Assembly: GCA_973895155.1 (NCBI GenBank)
Contig: OZ316891.1
Span: 12,150,771-12,214,770 of the forward strand
Reading direction: 5' to 3'
DNA: 64,000 bases
DNA from: Marsupella aquatica
Lineage: Eukaryota; Plantae; Marchantiophyta
Part shown: one piece after another, positions 39,401 through 52,210 of the stretch
Layout of the letters: every line of letters starts with the position of its first letter
How positions within the stretch are numbered: position 1 is the stretch's first letter
The notes under the pieces: generated by a model
Seen by the model: only the letters and a program-made list of their open reading frames with translations
What the model was told of the DNA's origin: nothing
The model's database searches: none
Made by a program: the position numbers and the translations under genes

Positions 39401-39957
39401 TTGTGCGGATCTCTTCACTAAATCACTATCGCCAGAAGTTCACCACCGACACTGCCAGGCGGTTGGACTACGGAGCGTGCGACACATGATGTCCGTGGAG
39501 GCTGTTGCTCCACATGATTGATGATGCCGACGACATGATGCTGACGACATGATGCTGATGACCTACTATTGAGATAGATGGTAAAGCTAGATTTACTATA
39601 GCATCTGACTTTATTTAGTATTAACATTTATTACGACTCGACGAGGACTATTAGGCTGCACTATTTTTCCTTTAGCACTCATATTTTTCTCTGCTACACT
39701 GGTAGAGTTTTTATTTAGCTAGAGTTGATAAAGGTTTTTTAACGAGGCAGTCTACCTCACTTGTACTCACATCATGTATTTCCTATGAACATGATATAAT
39801 AGGTATAGTCTATGTTGTCTATATAGTTGTCACTATATATCCAAAGGGGAGTGTTAGACTCTACCTCCTATTGACCGGACCAGCCAGTCATCCGACACTA
39901 CTACATGTACACACATTTCCAGAGTATACGACAGTTATTGACATTCACATTATCACA
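33418..39957 (+). mobile_element. Ty1/copia LTR retrotransposon, Bianca lineage, 106-bp LTRs
   Basis: LTRs 33418-33523 and 39852-39957 differ at 4 positions. TSD ACCTC at 33413-33417 and 39958-39962. PBS CGTTATCAGCACGA at 33524 and PPT AAAGGGGAG. Gag start TNLKKLTFPALEIDGSNYLEW and the 3' UTR motif AAGGTTTTTTAACGAGGCA are typical of Bianca. Confidence 0.95.
34909..39521 (+). pseudogene. Disrupted Bianca gag-pol (gag, PR, INT, RT, RNase H)
   Basis: Motifs: CIIDSTTTH (PR), LWHARLGHPG, HADVCGP and RVDNA (INT), LYGLKQSGRVWY and YVDDLN (RT), FEDNAAC...ADLFTKSL (RNase H). Lesions: GTG start, frameshift at ~35470, stops at ~35586, ~35673, 37827 and 38241, and a truncated Zn knuckle at ~35800. Confidence 0.93.
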
Positions 39958-41376
39958 ACCTCAACCTTTGCTAGCTACAAAAAGAAACAATTTCCTAAAC
40001 TCAAGTTAGATTTCTTAAGCAGTTCTTGAATTAGGTGAGATTTCTTGAGATTTTTTTAGGACTCCATCAGTTCAAGTGGTGCAAAAATTTGATGACTTTT
40101 GATTTGAAAAATTTGATGTTCATGCATTCATAAAGATCATGTAGCTTCCTGAAAAGAAACACCACTCGTCCCTGGTACGTGAAGTTGGATTAGTAGTAGA
40201 TTTAATCTCAAAAAGCTGAGCAATTGTTCCAAAGTTGTTTCATGGTAGTCTTTAGGGGTAAATAAGTTAGAAGTTTAGGTAAATGGAGAATCATGCAACC
40301 TCTCGCACATAACATGGGCCATTCTCTGTTCTATAGAGCTTCTTTTGCGTTATTTTCCATAGTGTAGAGCGTGTCAAATGCTCCCTAGGAAAAGTTCCCC
40401 TTAAAGGCTGATATCCACCTCCAATTTGGGTTATGTCATGTTTCACCCTGCCCCGTCTGGAATAAAGCTTTTTTGGGCTTTGTGTACTCTTTTGCTAAAA
40501 ATAATGACTGAGACCAAAAAGGCTTGGATTTGTTTAAATTTTCATTTGAAAAATATTAACCCATTTGCAAAACGGACAGAACCCATCCATAGATCTATTT
40601 AAGATCTTTCTTTTGAGCCATAGATTGGCCATTATGATGGACGGACGAGATTTCCGGAGATAAGAAATGGAGACGGCTCAGATCGACTCTTCCCCCTGAT
40701 TTTATTAGCCAAGCGGTCCACGAACTAATTAGTCTTGTATGTGTTGGTGCCTCTCTGGAAAATCTTTGAAAATAAATTACATTGAGTTGGTTGCCAAAAA
40801 AGTTTTCATGCAAAACTTTTTTGTCCTGTAGTGCCAAGAACCTTTTCATGTTGCTTGGTCATGCTTGGTTAAGCAAGTTTGTGGATGTGTTCTTAAAACT
40901 CTATCTCGAGGGGATGTTCCTCCCTAATAATGTTCAACCTAATGAACCCTTAGCTCCATATCCCACCACCTAATTTCTAGGAAATAAATTTAGTCTGGTG
41001 GTAAAGTTTTGTTGTGAAAACCCAAAATTCAGTCAAGGCACCTGACTGTGCTTCCCAAACTTTGTCATGTGCAATCAACCTGCTTGAAAATATGTGGCTT
41101 GCGGAATGATTGGAGCCCTAGTTTCAACTCAGACTTTATGTGTCTGAGATGATTGTTTTAGTCCAGCCACATCCATTGATAGTAGGAGGTTGCAACCCAG
41201 GTTACAAGGTGCATCAGTTCCTCGGTGGAATGTCAAGTATACCCATTGATGAATTAATATTCATATCAGATTCTTGATCAAAAGTGAGGGCCTACTATTA
41301 CATTCATCATCCAAAAACTATGCCACTTGGAGCAATTAGGAAAAGAAGCTTGTCTCTATCATAGTTTTCAGACCTA

Positions 41377-44363
41377 ATGGCGGACGTCAAGGAGAAGAAG
41401 AAAGAAAGCAAGAAGGCCAAAGGAGAAGGGGAAGAAAAGGATGGCAAAAGTACAAAAGAAGCAAAGGATAGCAAAAGCCCAAAAGAAGCGAAGGATGCCA
41501 AGTCCAAGAAAGACAAAGACAGTACAGGTCCTTTCTACAGGCACCTACCCTGAGACGCTCCAATCAAACTACTTTAGCTGCTTCGATCCAGTGTAGAAGC
41601 AATTGATGAGTGGAGAATTTTGATCGAGTAGAGTGCAATAGATGAGTGTGTATTCCTCAGTCCTAGATGTAATTCTTTAGGTTGTCAACTGGGAGAGACG
41701 CCATAGGATCCCATAATTTTTAAGCAAATGAAATACCCATGAGGTCGTGCTTTATAGAATGCTCAAGATACATACTGCATGTTAAGTAATAAAGCACTGT
41801 TGTCTCAAATTGATGAACTTTTCCTTGCAAAAATACTTGAAATTGCCTCCACTTTTAATACCATGCTTGAATGCGTCAGAAATTTTCCCCCAATAAATTA
41901 ATCTGTTTTTCTCCACAGACAGCTTCATGGAGCTGTCATGGAACGAAATTTGCAATGCATGCACAAGGACTATTAAAATTAGAATAAGATCATGTTAAGA
42001 ATAATAACTATAAGAATACAACACCTCATGTATTAACATGATGGAATTGAACAAATTTATGGACATGAAAGAAAAGCTGCCAGATTGATCTGTCCAATTC
42101 AAATTAGTAGTCCTAAAGCGAGCTCTTAAAGATTCTCAAGCTGACCATTACTTTCAAAACATTGAGGACTAAAAATTTGAATTAGGATCTTGTTGAATTG
42201 TGAACAAGTAAAGAGAGCAGTAAAAAAGGAGGAGCCAAGGAAGGTGACAAGAAAGGTGCAACCGCAAAAGAGGAGGCCAAGAAACCTGGAGTAGCCACAC
42301 TACCAGTTGACCCTAATGCACCTCCTCCATTAGACTCTGAAGGCAATCCAATATGTGTTCAACCAGATCCCAAACCAACTTTTGAAGAACTATGGTTTGA
42401 TGATCCTGTTGAGGTAGGTCACTTTATGGCACAAAATGAAACACATTTGCAGCTGACTATTTATTGTTGACCATTTTTAGGATAGCTTTGTTTTTGTTAG
42501 TGAACTCCGGTTCAGGATTACAGATATGGGAAGTTGATATCCTTTTATTGACTGTATTACTTGTAAACAGTACTGAAATCTTTACTGTGAATAGTATATC
42601 AGCAACGATTATAATTATTACTGAACGATGTATATTTTCCAGGGGGAGTATGCACAGAAAATGGCAATGGAATTAAAGGGGAGGATTGAGGTCAAAGCCC
42701 TCTCAATTCGTCAATATTTGGTGATTCCTACACCAAGAATCCTGTATGCACAAGGCAGATTCAATGGGTCTTCCACAACAGCTGTCTTTTGTCTCGAGTA
42801 GTGGTCAATTGGTTCTTCTGTGATACTGTAATTCCGGTTCAGGAGTGGAATTTTGGTTCTTTTCAATTTTTCAAAAAAAAAAAAAAAAAGGTATTTGACA
42901 TCTTACCATGATCTGGATATAGATGAAAATTTCATCTATGCATTATATGAAACTCGTTAGCACAACTAACCTGTTGGTGTCGCTTCTGAAGAATGTAATT
43001 TGTAAGGTAGGTCACTTAGAATGATATGCTATGAGTGAAGATGTTCTCAAACCTTGTGGCTTTTTCCAAAGAGAATAAAATAAAATTAAGATATTCCCAA
43101 ATGCAATGTGAATTCCTGTAAAATAATCATGCATCTGAATGGGTAGAATGCACAAAGCTACTATGGAATACTGTCACAAATGAATGGTTAACAGCTACAA
43201 AATACATATATGGGATCTCATCTTTGCAATGTTGCTTTAGATTATACTCAACATGACAGACATACAATACACTCTTTTGTAAATAACATGGAAGTGTTGG
43301 TGACTAACACTAAAATGGCACATTTGTGCATGCTAGGAAGGAGCTATTGTAGATCTACTCTTACAAGGGCTTCAACACTTGGTCCTTGAAAGGTGTGTGA
43401 TCACAAATCAGTGCGGGGACATTTTTATTGAATTACACTTCCGACACTAAGCAACACATTTGTCCATGCTAGGAAGGAGCTATTGTACCAGTACTCTTAC
43501 AGGGGCTTGAGCACATGGTCCTTGAAAGGTGTGTGCTCAAAAACATAGGCGTGACATCAATTTGCTAGTAATGGCCTGTAGGTCTACTGTAATCGTGCAA
43601 AGTTATAGGGTAGCTAGGTCTACTGTAATCTTGCAAAGTCCATAGGGTAGCTAGGTTTTACATGATTCTGCCCTACCCAACCTGTGCCCAGTCAGAGTGG
43701 ATGTTGGCTGCTGCCGTTGTGCCCTAGGATGTCAATGATTGTTGTCATTTCCTGGTAAATAAATTGGGTTTTGCCCTGGCCCAAGCAGTTCTGCTGCTAG
43801 CCTTGCTGCATGGGCTGGGTTTCCTTCCATATTCTTTTAAAAACTTGAGCAAAGCATTGGCTCATTCAATAGAGTCGTCACCCTGAAAACCAGAAGGTGG
43901 AATACAGCATTACTAGTTAGTGTCAAGCATCATGTCTCATGCAGTCTCCATAAATATTTGTCAAGTAGCTCATATTTGCTTTAAACTTGTTCATTTATTT
44001 GGTTTGAGGACGCACGGGAAAGATGAGATGAAACCCTGAATGAATGTGCTGACATGATAGAGCTATAAACCATTGACAATATATTTGCATGGGACTATAA
44101 CTCTCGTCTGCTTGGATGAAGGCAGACCAACAAATGCTGCAGAGTATTTGGCTGCCTTTTTGCTGAGAAACAATCCATTGAAAGATGTTGATTTTGTGGA
44201 GCCTCCTGAGATTCTGTCACCAGCAGCAACCCCTCCCACAGTAGAGCCCCCAAAGTGTTGTGGCTGTAAGGTCCATTGTCCTGCAGCTCCAACTCATCAA
44301 GAAGATGTACCAGATTTTTTCAGAAAGGGGGATACACCTGGAGCAGCCGAAGTGCTAAAGTAG
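41377..44363 (+). CDS. Dpy-30-motif protein with a Lys/Glu-rich N-terminus (DYDC/radial-spoke-like); exons ~41377-41527, ~42214-42413, 42643-42720, 43337-43392 or 43473-43528, 44126-44363
   Basis: The spliced product reads ...KALSIRQYL|EGAIVPVLLQGLEHMVLER|PTNAAEYLAAFLLRNNP, which matches the Dpy-30 motif (R-x-YL...VP-x-LLQGL...ERP-x-N-x-x-E-[FY]-LA-x-x-LL). Phases of the last three junctions are compatible; the exon 2 acceptor is approximate. Confidence 0.85.
43300..43535 (+). repeat. 136-bp tandem duplication containing a complete 56-nt exon with branch point and splice sites
   Basis: ACACTAA...CATGCTAG|GAAGGAGCTATTGTA...CTTGAAAG|GTGTG occurs twice. Confidence 0.92.
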
Positions 44364-47300
44364 GATGAGAAGCTAGCCCCAACTCAAGCTCCCAAGAAGC
44401 CTAGTGCCTAATCCAATGTACCCTGGTGATTTTGAGTGAGAAAGTGACTGGATTTTGAAATAATTATAGTAACTATCGGTGTAGAGTGAACCTCAGGCAG
44501 AGTAGAGTGAACCTCAGGCAGAGATTTTATAATTTTGATCATGGGTTATATTGTACTTTTCTTGGAAAATTCTCTATCTAAATTAAAACCTCTATGTGTT
44601 GCCCAACTGAACATAGTTAGTACAGAGTTGTCTCATTATGTTGCAAACCATAATAAATCCTCAAACTCAAGTTGTCTAGTAACAGATTTTGTCTCACTCT
44701 AATATCATCGATAATGTTATCTGGATAAGAGCCTTTGTTTCATGCCCGATTTTCAGGTGCCCTAACTCAACATTGTCTGGTTTTGCCCCCAAGACAGACT
44801 ATTTGTGGTAGGATGGCTTGCCGAATGAAATAAAGGAGAATGCATGCTTTGATGGGTCCTTAATTGATGAGCTAGTGAGGGATCCAGACGTTTAATATCA
44901 GTCTTTCCTTCCTCAAGGGAAGTGCTCCTGCCCGGTTTGCCCTTGCCAGTCAAACTGGGCAATTTGGGGCGTCAAACCGAAAACCTGAAACCCGGTCTCC
45001 CGGGATCGGGGTGGGTCCGGGTGTGAGGGGGGACCCAGGAGGCCAGGGAGGGGTTCGTGAGGCCAGGTTCGGGAGGATCCGGGAGGTCGGGGAGGGCTTT
45101 GGGAGGGGTCCAGGAGGGGTTCGGGAGGCCGGGTCGGGAACCGGGGGAGTTCGGGAGAATAACAGGGAATATACGTCAAATTGGCTGTTTTGGGGCCATC
45201 ATTTGACGGTTTTACGTGCCCAGCAAGCCGACAACTTGCCCGTCAGGTTAAACCGGGGTGCTCCTGGGTTGGCCAGAGAAATCCCTGGGTCATCAAGAGT
45301 TGAGTCTATCATTTGAAAGATCATGTTAGTCAGGATTGAAGTCATGGAAGAGGTCTAAGCTATCTTGCAAAAACCCCATGATCAAAGCCAGTAGTGGACC
45401 GAGTAGTGGAGCGGATAATTGTCTACTAGAAAATTTGTAATGAGCACCTCCTGAAGCGATACAGCCAAGGAGAGTAATACTGTTTCAGGAATTAAACTGT
45501 CCAAGTGAAACCCCAATGATCTAGTTATGGGGGATGTTTGGCCTATGAGTTAATTATTGCTTGGTCGTGGACCTCACTGGTATGCATTATTTAGGGAGAA
45601 AAATAATGGATATTTATCGGATCATGGGTACTTTGGATTTGTTATATTACATGCAATTCTTATCTATGTTATTATATCATTTGCTTTCACTAAGTTGTAC
45701 TCACACTGAAGTGCATGCTTCATACTTGCTTGATCATGTGTACTTTTGCCTCATACTTAGGCTAATAACCTATTGTAGAATTTAGGTGCCTGTAGATAAA
45801 TTCTTTCTTTAGGACCTGTCAATATTGTTTACCATGAAGCTTTACCAGGCTTTTCAGTTTGCTTCTTAGTAGGGGTTTAGTTTTCCTGTGTGTCTTGTTT
45901 CTTGTGCTCTCCCCTTTATTGGGCCTCTCTGTCCTCTAGATCTTGTTGCCCTGTTTGATGGTTTTTATTCTTTTTGGTAGTGTGATATATACTATAATTA
46001 TGTTTAACATTGACAGAACACAGACAGGCTAGGTTTTTGTATATGAACACCCCAATTAACACTTGCACAATGGTGTGCACACCATTGTCAATAGTAAGTG
46101 ATGTTGAGCAGAAGTGTTTTAGAGCATAAGTGCAATGCCAGGCAATCTGATGCAATACGGAGTCAGCAAGTTGGGTCGAGGTACTGAGTTTGGTGAGGGC
46201 CTGAGTGAGGGTGTTGGGTGGGTACGTGGCTAGGTCCACCACTCCAGAGGGAAAAAAGCTGGGGGAAAGAAAGGAAGGTCGGGAAGGATGGGGTGGCATT
46301 GTCATTGAGCCTACATTTGCTGCAACAGAAGGGCCGGGGGGGGTTCGGGTCAGGCCTGGCTTTGCACAACATGAATCCCTTTTGTTTCTTCTTTGGAAAG
46401 AGGGTCTGCACTTGTGGATGGCATCCTTTAATAGGATTATTTTTTATTCTTTGGCGGGACTCATAGCGAGAATTTATGTGGTGGCTTCAGTGGAAACATT
46501 AAAGGTACTTGAGGGGGATGGATCAAAAAGAGAAGGAGATATTTTGCTTCCATAAAATCTTTGTTTAAAAGAGAGTGATGTACCAGGTATCTTTGATGGA
46601 ATAAATATGACTAAACTGGGGGGTAAAAACACTTGCTTTTCCAGGTATGAGTTCATCCTGGTGCCACACTCTATGGGGGCTTTAGAAGACAGTGCAGACA
46701 GTTCTGTGTCTCTCCATCCAAAGCCAAAATGTCTTAGCCAAATGTAAAGTGAAGTGTAGTCTATTCTCACATGAAGTGTAGTTCATGTAAAGTGAAGTGT
46801 AGTCTATTCTCACATGTGAATGGCTAGGATTGCATCGCACACATAGAACAAAAATAGAAAAAAAGGGAAGTGCTGCCCCCAATTAAGTCTTGTTGGAGAG
46901 TGAATTGACAAATGTAGTGATGCAAAGAACCAGTCAGTCCTTGGAGACATAGTGACTTTTCTTCCATGATGCACCACTCTCTTCAACTCAATTCCAAGTG
47001 ACTCTTGGTTTTTTTAGAATAATTGGAAAATGACTTTGGGCATGTCTAAAACATATTTTACCCCGTGAACAATCATCTTCTTAACATTTTTAGTGGCCAT
47101 GTAATTCCGTTCAGCCTTTGAACCCCGCTCTGTCACGGGCCTAGTATTACAGTGTTCAGACTACGAAAAGAGAGCTATCTCTTGGTGCATAAGTGGACCC
47201 TGACCATTTACACCTTCACTCACAAGACAATTGTCCCAAGGAAAGGCACCTAGCATACACGTTGAGGGTGCCAAGCCACTCACCCAGCGATCGTCTTTCC

Positions 47301-48458
47301 AGGAAATGGGCCACCACACCCTAGCATGTACCTCCCCGGCCGGCTTCTATCGACGTTGCCTCCCATTCTCCCGAAGTAAATGGAGTAACGAGAGTAACGG
47401 GAAGCTGCTGGGGCTCGTCTGCTCTCTCGATTGGACTCGACTGGCCTGGATGGAACGGTTGGCATTGGACGGGGACAGACTATGGTACCATTGTAGGGGA
47501 AAAGCAGGGCTCCAGCTCATTGACCCATTTGTTTCACTTGGTTTTGAAGATTTTACACTTTGAACGACTTCTGTTGGTGCGAATGCTTCCTCACTGAACT
47601 GACTACTGTACGAGGTGTACGTGGTGGAGATTTTGATGGGCCAGCCGCAGCTGAGGTCCTTCTGCTGATACTGTTTGAGACTCAAAATGGTGATACTGTT
47701 TGAGACTCAAAATGGTCGGTCACTGAGGGTCTATTTGATCCTCAGCTGGGATTGGTTGCGATTACCGTAAATTAGATTTGAATCACGCCAGGGAGAGCTT
47801 GCTGTGGTGAGCTTGGATTTGAGAAGGCCATCGAAAGGATTCTTTCTTGAGGCCACGTTTTGAGTCCATTTCGTCTTGGACTGGTTTGCAATCTTTCCGT
47901 CTGTACAAAATAATGGGTGCTGGATATCTGAGGTTGTGATTTCAGACGGAGAGGAGCGACGGAAACCATTGGGGTACTATACGGACCAGAAATGGTCACG
48001 ATGTGGGTGATGATTGGTTTTGCTTGATTTTGAAGGTTCTCCTTCTGCAGAATGTATGCGTTTGTGTAATTGCGCAACTACATTGGAACACGGTTAGGAA
48101 CGGTGTTTCTCTGTAGAAAGAGGCTTGTATGGCTTGGCTTGTTTATGGGACCTTGAAGCAAAATCTTTGAATTGTTTGATGAAGCTCAGCTCCGGTGATC
48201 CTTAAAGCCAAGATGGGTGTCACCCACTAGTTTTCCTTTGGTTGCACTAGAATATTGGGGTGCATCCTTCTGGCAACGCCTTCTCCTATAGTGCGTCTGA
48301 TTGCTTCAATCGAATATTCTTTTGGCAAGAGAATGGAATGAGCGACAGGGAGAACCAAAGTGTGCAAGGAAATACAATTAGAAGGAGCAGGTGTGCGGTT
48401 CTCGTGAGTTAGACAGATAGGTGGAATGCTTAGGGTTGGCTTCAAGTAAATTAGAAGA

Positions 48459-49834
48459 ATGGAAGGTCGAGGGGATGCCGACGAAACATTGGTGACCGAG
48501 GACGTAGTGGTTGTATCTGCACCCGGGGATGGTCAGAATCAGGCGACTGTCAGGGTCATGGCTGCCTCAGTCGAAAAGAAGAGGAATGGCACGGATGGAA
48601 TTGGCCTCTGCTTCCTCGCGCTTTTGATTTTTTGGTTCCTCTCCGTGATTTGGAAGATTGGCGAGGGCCAGACCAATTTGTGGCCTATTTTCGCCAGCTG
48701 TATATTTTTTGAAACTGTGAACAGAGTTCTTTCATCTCTTGTCTTGAATCCGTCTTTTCTCCCCGGACTTCGGGTAAAAAATGTGGACAATTTCCTAAAC
48801 ACTGCTGTATCGCTGCTGCACTCAACCTCAGTCGCATTGGCAGGTATGACTGTATGACCTTGAAGTTTTGTTGGTTCTGATTCTATCAATTCTCTGGGGT
48901 GCTGAAGGTCTCTGTCGTTTCTGTGGCGCTGTTTCTAAATGTTGTCTAAGTTGGAGGTGAAACTGCTAAATGTTCAGTGATAGGCCTGCTGGTTTGGGAG
49001 AGATCGAGGACAAGTCTGGGTGAGATGAAGACACATGAAGTCCTCACTGGGAAGGCATGGCCCGGTGCTTTTGAAGTGCTCGCAGCGTCATCTGGGTATT
49101 TTGCTTACGATCAATGGGACATGCTGCGGAGAGGGCTGTACAGGCCCGAGGCTCCCTCGCTCCTTGTGCACCATGCTGTCCTTTTGACTTGTTTTATATT
49201 TGCCCTTTTTAAGAACAGCTGCATCAATTACTTGGTGCTTACCCTGGTTTGTGAGGTAAGGTTCCTCAGCACACTTGAAACTATCGAGTCAGTGTCGGTG
49301 AAAGCTTCTTTCGATGTCACCACGTAGATTCAGTTAGACCTCCTCCTTTATAGTGCTGCTCATCTTGACAAGTTGCCATTAAAAGGGTTAGCTCATCTGT
49401 TGACAATTCAGAAGGCTATCTCTCGGAAGCTCGCTATCATAGAGTTAGAGCATAGAGTAAGATACTCTTAAAGTGAGAAAGAGTTTGGCATATTCTGAAA
49501 TGGAGGCTGATCATACAATCTGCAGGTACATTCCATCTTTCTCCATCTCCGGAAGGTCTTGCTCTTGGCAGGAGCCAGCAGAAAATGGGATTTTTTTCTT
49601 GTGGTAGAGTGGACCTTGAATTGGTTGGCTTTTTTCACTTCAAGGATTGCACTCCATGTGCTGATTACGATTAAGTTGATCGTGGATTTCAAGAAATTTA
49701 AAAGTGGAGTGGAGCTTCCACTAGCGCTCATGGGCATGACAGGTCTGAATGTACTCAATTTCATCCTGGGTCAAGGCCTTTACAAGGCGTTTTGGCGAGA
49801 AGTTGCTGGAAAGCTACCTGCAAAGGATGAGTAG
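48459..49834 (+). CDS. TLC (TRAM/LAG1/CLN8) domain membrane protein; exons 48459-48843, 48978-49255, 49526-49834 (323 aa)
   Basis: Motifs VSLLHS, SSGYFAYDQWDML, LLVHH, CE|VHSIFLHLRK, FFTSRI and LNVLNF, with several hydrophobic helices. GT-AG introns keep the frame. Confidence 0.9.
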
Positions 49835-50664
49835 GTAGGCTTCTGCACAGTTTCTGAATCTTGTGTCAATGGAAACTATTGTGGATCTAAGCTAACAAAA
49901 CCACTCCCGACAAGTTCTGGGAACTTGTGGCCTGGATAGTGTGGGACATTAAAGTGTGGCTAATGTCCACTTATATCATGTGTCGTTATACAAATGGAAT
50001 TGATATACCTGGTCCCATTACCTCTACAAGGCTACATGTAATACAACTTCATCTGTGTTCTGTGTGGTTTTTATAGGGCATGCCACAAATGTTTGGACAC
50101 CAAACTTGAGGCCCAAGTGGAAGGTTCAAAACTTATGAGACTCAAAGTGTGAGACCTGGGTTACCTGTTGTTGTCAAGGGCAGGGTGCCAATAGCAAAAC
50201 TAAATTCTAGAGTTGAGTTAAGTTTGAGTAACTCAATGCAATGTATGGGAGATGTTGCGAAGATTATGGGAGGTTGGGTTAGCCTGAACTTGAGTTAAAC
50301 TGCCACTAGCTATGTAAAAGGGGGAAGTGTCCAAGACTTTCCTCTCCTTCTCCTCTTGGATTCCATATTGCTCCACAAATTCATGAAAGAATACTATTTA
50401 TGGTATAAAAACTGGTGTAACAAGGTTGCTGTCATGGCTAGTGGTGGTTTAAGGTACCTGCTCTGAGTGAGTGAAGCATCTGATTTGCAATGGCCCAGTA
50501 CCACACCAAAATGAACTGATTATTTATTTTCAACTGCATTCAAATATTCTTCACCACAAATTTTATGTAAATGAGACATAATATATCACAATCACAGTGA
50601 AAATAAGCTAAACCAGGAGGCAGAGGCCAGTAGAGGGAAGAACCCAAAGGGCACACCTGGGGAG

Positions 50665-50999
50665 GACCAAAGAGCCAAAAAGTACAAAGAGCTCTTCAAA
50701 ACCGCAAAGGAACTAAAGCTCTATTGACAGCAAACTTTTCGACCAAAGAGCCAAAAAGCACAAGAGCTATTCAGAACCACAAAGGAACTAAAGCCCTATT
50801 GACAGCAAGCTGAAAAGCCAGCAAAGCTCCAGAGTTACTCTAATAAGAGCGTCACAAAGTAAAATTGTCTACATGCCCTAAAACCAACAGCCTCTAATTA
50901 ATAGTGAGACTCCATTAGGGAAGCACAGCACAGATACATGCCCTAAAACCAACAGCCTCCAACTAATAGCGAGACTCCATTAGGGAAACATAGCACAGA
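50665..50999. repeat. Two adjacent tandem duplications (76 bp x2 at 50665; 65 bp x2 at 50870)
   Basis: GACCAAAGAGCCAAAAAG at 50665 and 50741; TACATGCCCTAAAACCAACAGCC at 50870 and 50935. Confidence 0.85.
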
Positions 51000-51229
51000 A
51001 AAATAACTGGAAAGAGAGGATTATAAAAGAAAGGGAAAGATAATTAAGAAGGGATGTCCAAGACAAGCCAAGAACCTGGTGCCCCCACAACCTCACCCTA
51101 CCCAATGCACCAAATTTGATAAGTAGAATGACACTATACATGAGTACAAAGGCACCATATCAGAATACATTCTGCAACCGAAATCAAATTCTTTGTCCTC
51201 CATGGACGTAGATTTGCAGCAGAGTAATA

Positions 51230-51590
51230 GGGCAGCAGATTGGGATCCTAATGGCTAGGTTCCATGGGTTGGGAGTGAGCATTACATGTGTGTAAGAATG
51301 TTTTGAGCAAAGGTTACAGCTTGTACAAGAACTGAAGGGTGTACAAATACTATAATAGGGAGTATGATTTTCCCTCACACTCCGTGTTGAACTGTAACCC
51401 TGCCTTTGTAGTGCAGGACATTTTCATTGGCTCTCAAATCCAAAAATCATAATTTAAAATACTGTGTACACCTTGGAATAGGACATATTTGGGCCCAGGG
51501 GGTGTGAGAGGGAGTGACTGTACTCCCTACCCCTGGCCCATGGAACTTAGCCCTAAGGGTTCCACCCCTCCTGATCCACTTCCCCAACCC
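51230..51590. mobile_element. Degenerate MITE-like inverted repeat
   Basis: GGCTAGGTTCCATGGG (~51253) versus CCCATGGAACTTAGCC (~51537). Termini and TSD were not resolved. Confidence 0.35.
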
Positions 51591-52210
51591 CTTCTCTTTG
51601 CTACACACCCTAGTACTCACTCTTGACCCTCAAATTAGCTATCCTTGGCTCCTTATTCAAAAACTTTCTTTAGTGCAGGTGACCTATCTGCAGCATGCAA
51701 TAGGCTCCTGGCATGGTTTTGAATTTTCCCCCTTGTATGCCCATGAGACATTTCCATTCACCTCTTGTTCTCCCAGCATTTGCCTCCGTCAAGGCCTCCT
51801 TGGTGCCTTGAAACCCAGGCTGCCTAATTGTTGAGCTTCACCATATGCATGAAAGCAATTCTACAGTAAACACAGTTCATAACTTCAAACCTGTGGAAGA
51901 AGACCGTTTTGAGGGTTCAAAGTCATGCCCATTTAGTCTCCGAAAGGAAAATCCTGTAACTTAAAGAAATCTGGCCTTTATGGCTCACCTCCTCCTTTGT
52001 CGACATTGAAAACATTCTTGGTTTCACCCTGCGGACCCAGAGCGTTCACTACTTTTGGGTTGATGATCTTCGTCTTGTCGAAGTGCTTTCTCCAGTGAGA
52101 ATGTCACGATGCTGCCCTACGGCGGTCTGTGGGGGAGAGAGGTGGTGACTTTGGGGCGGTCTCAACTATAATCCCCACAGCAATCCGCAGATGGACAAGT
52201 AGAACCGTGA

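Noticed and set aside
44900-45316. GC-rich Gly/Pro-rich ORFs
   Set aside because: Low-complexity G-rich sequence, probably a TE remnant; no termini or domains could be defined.
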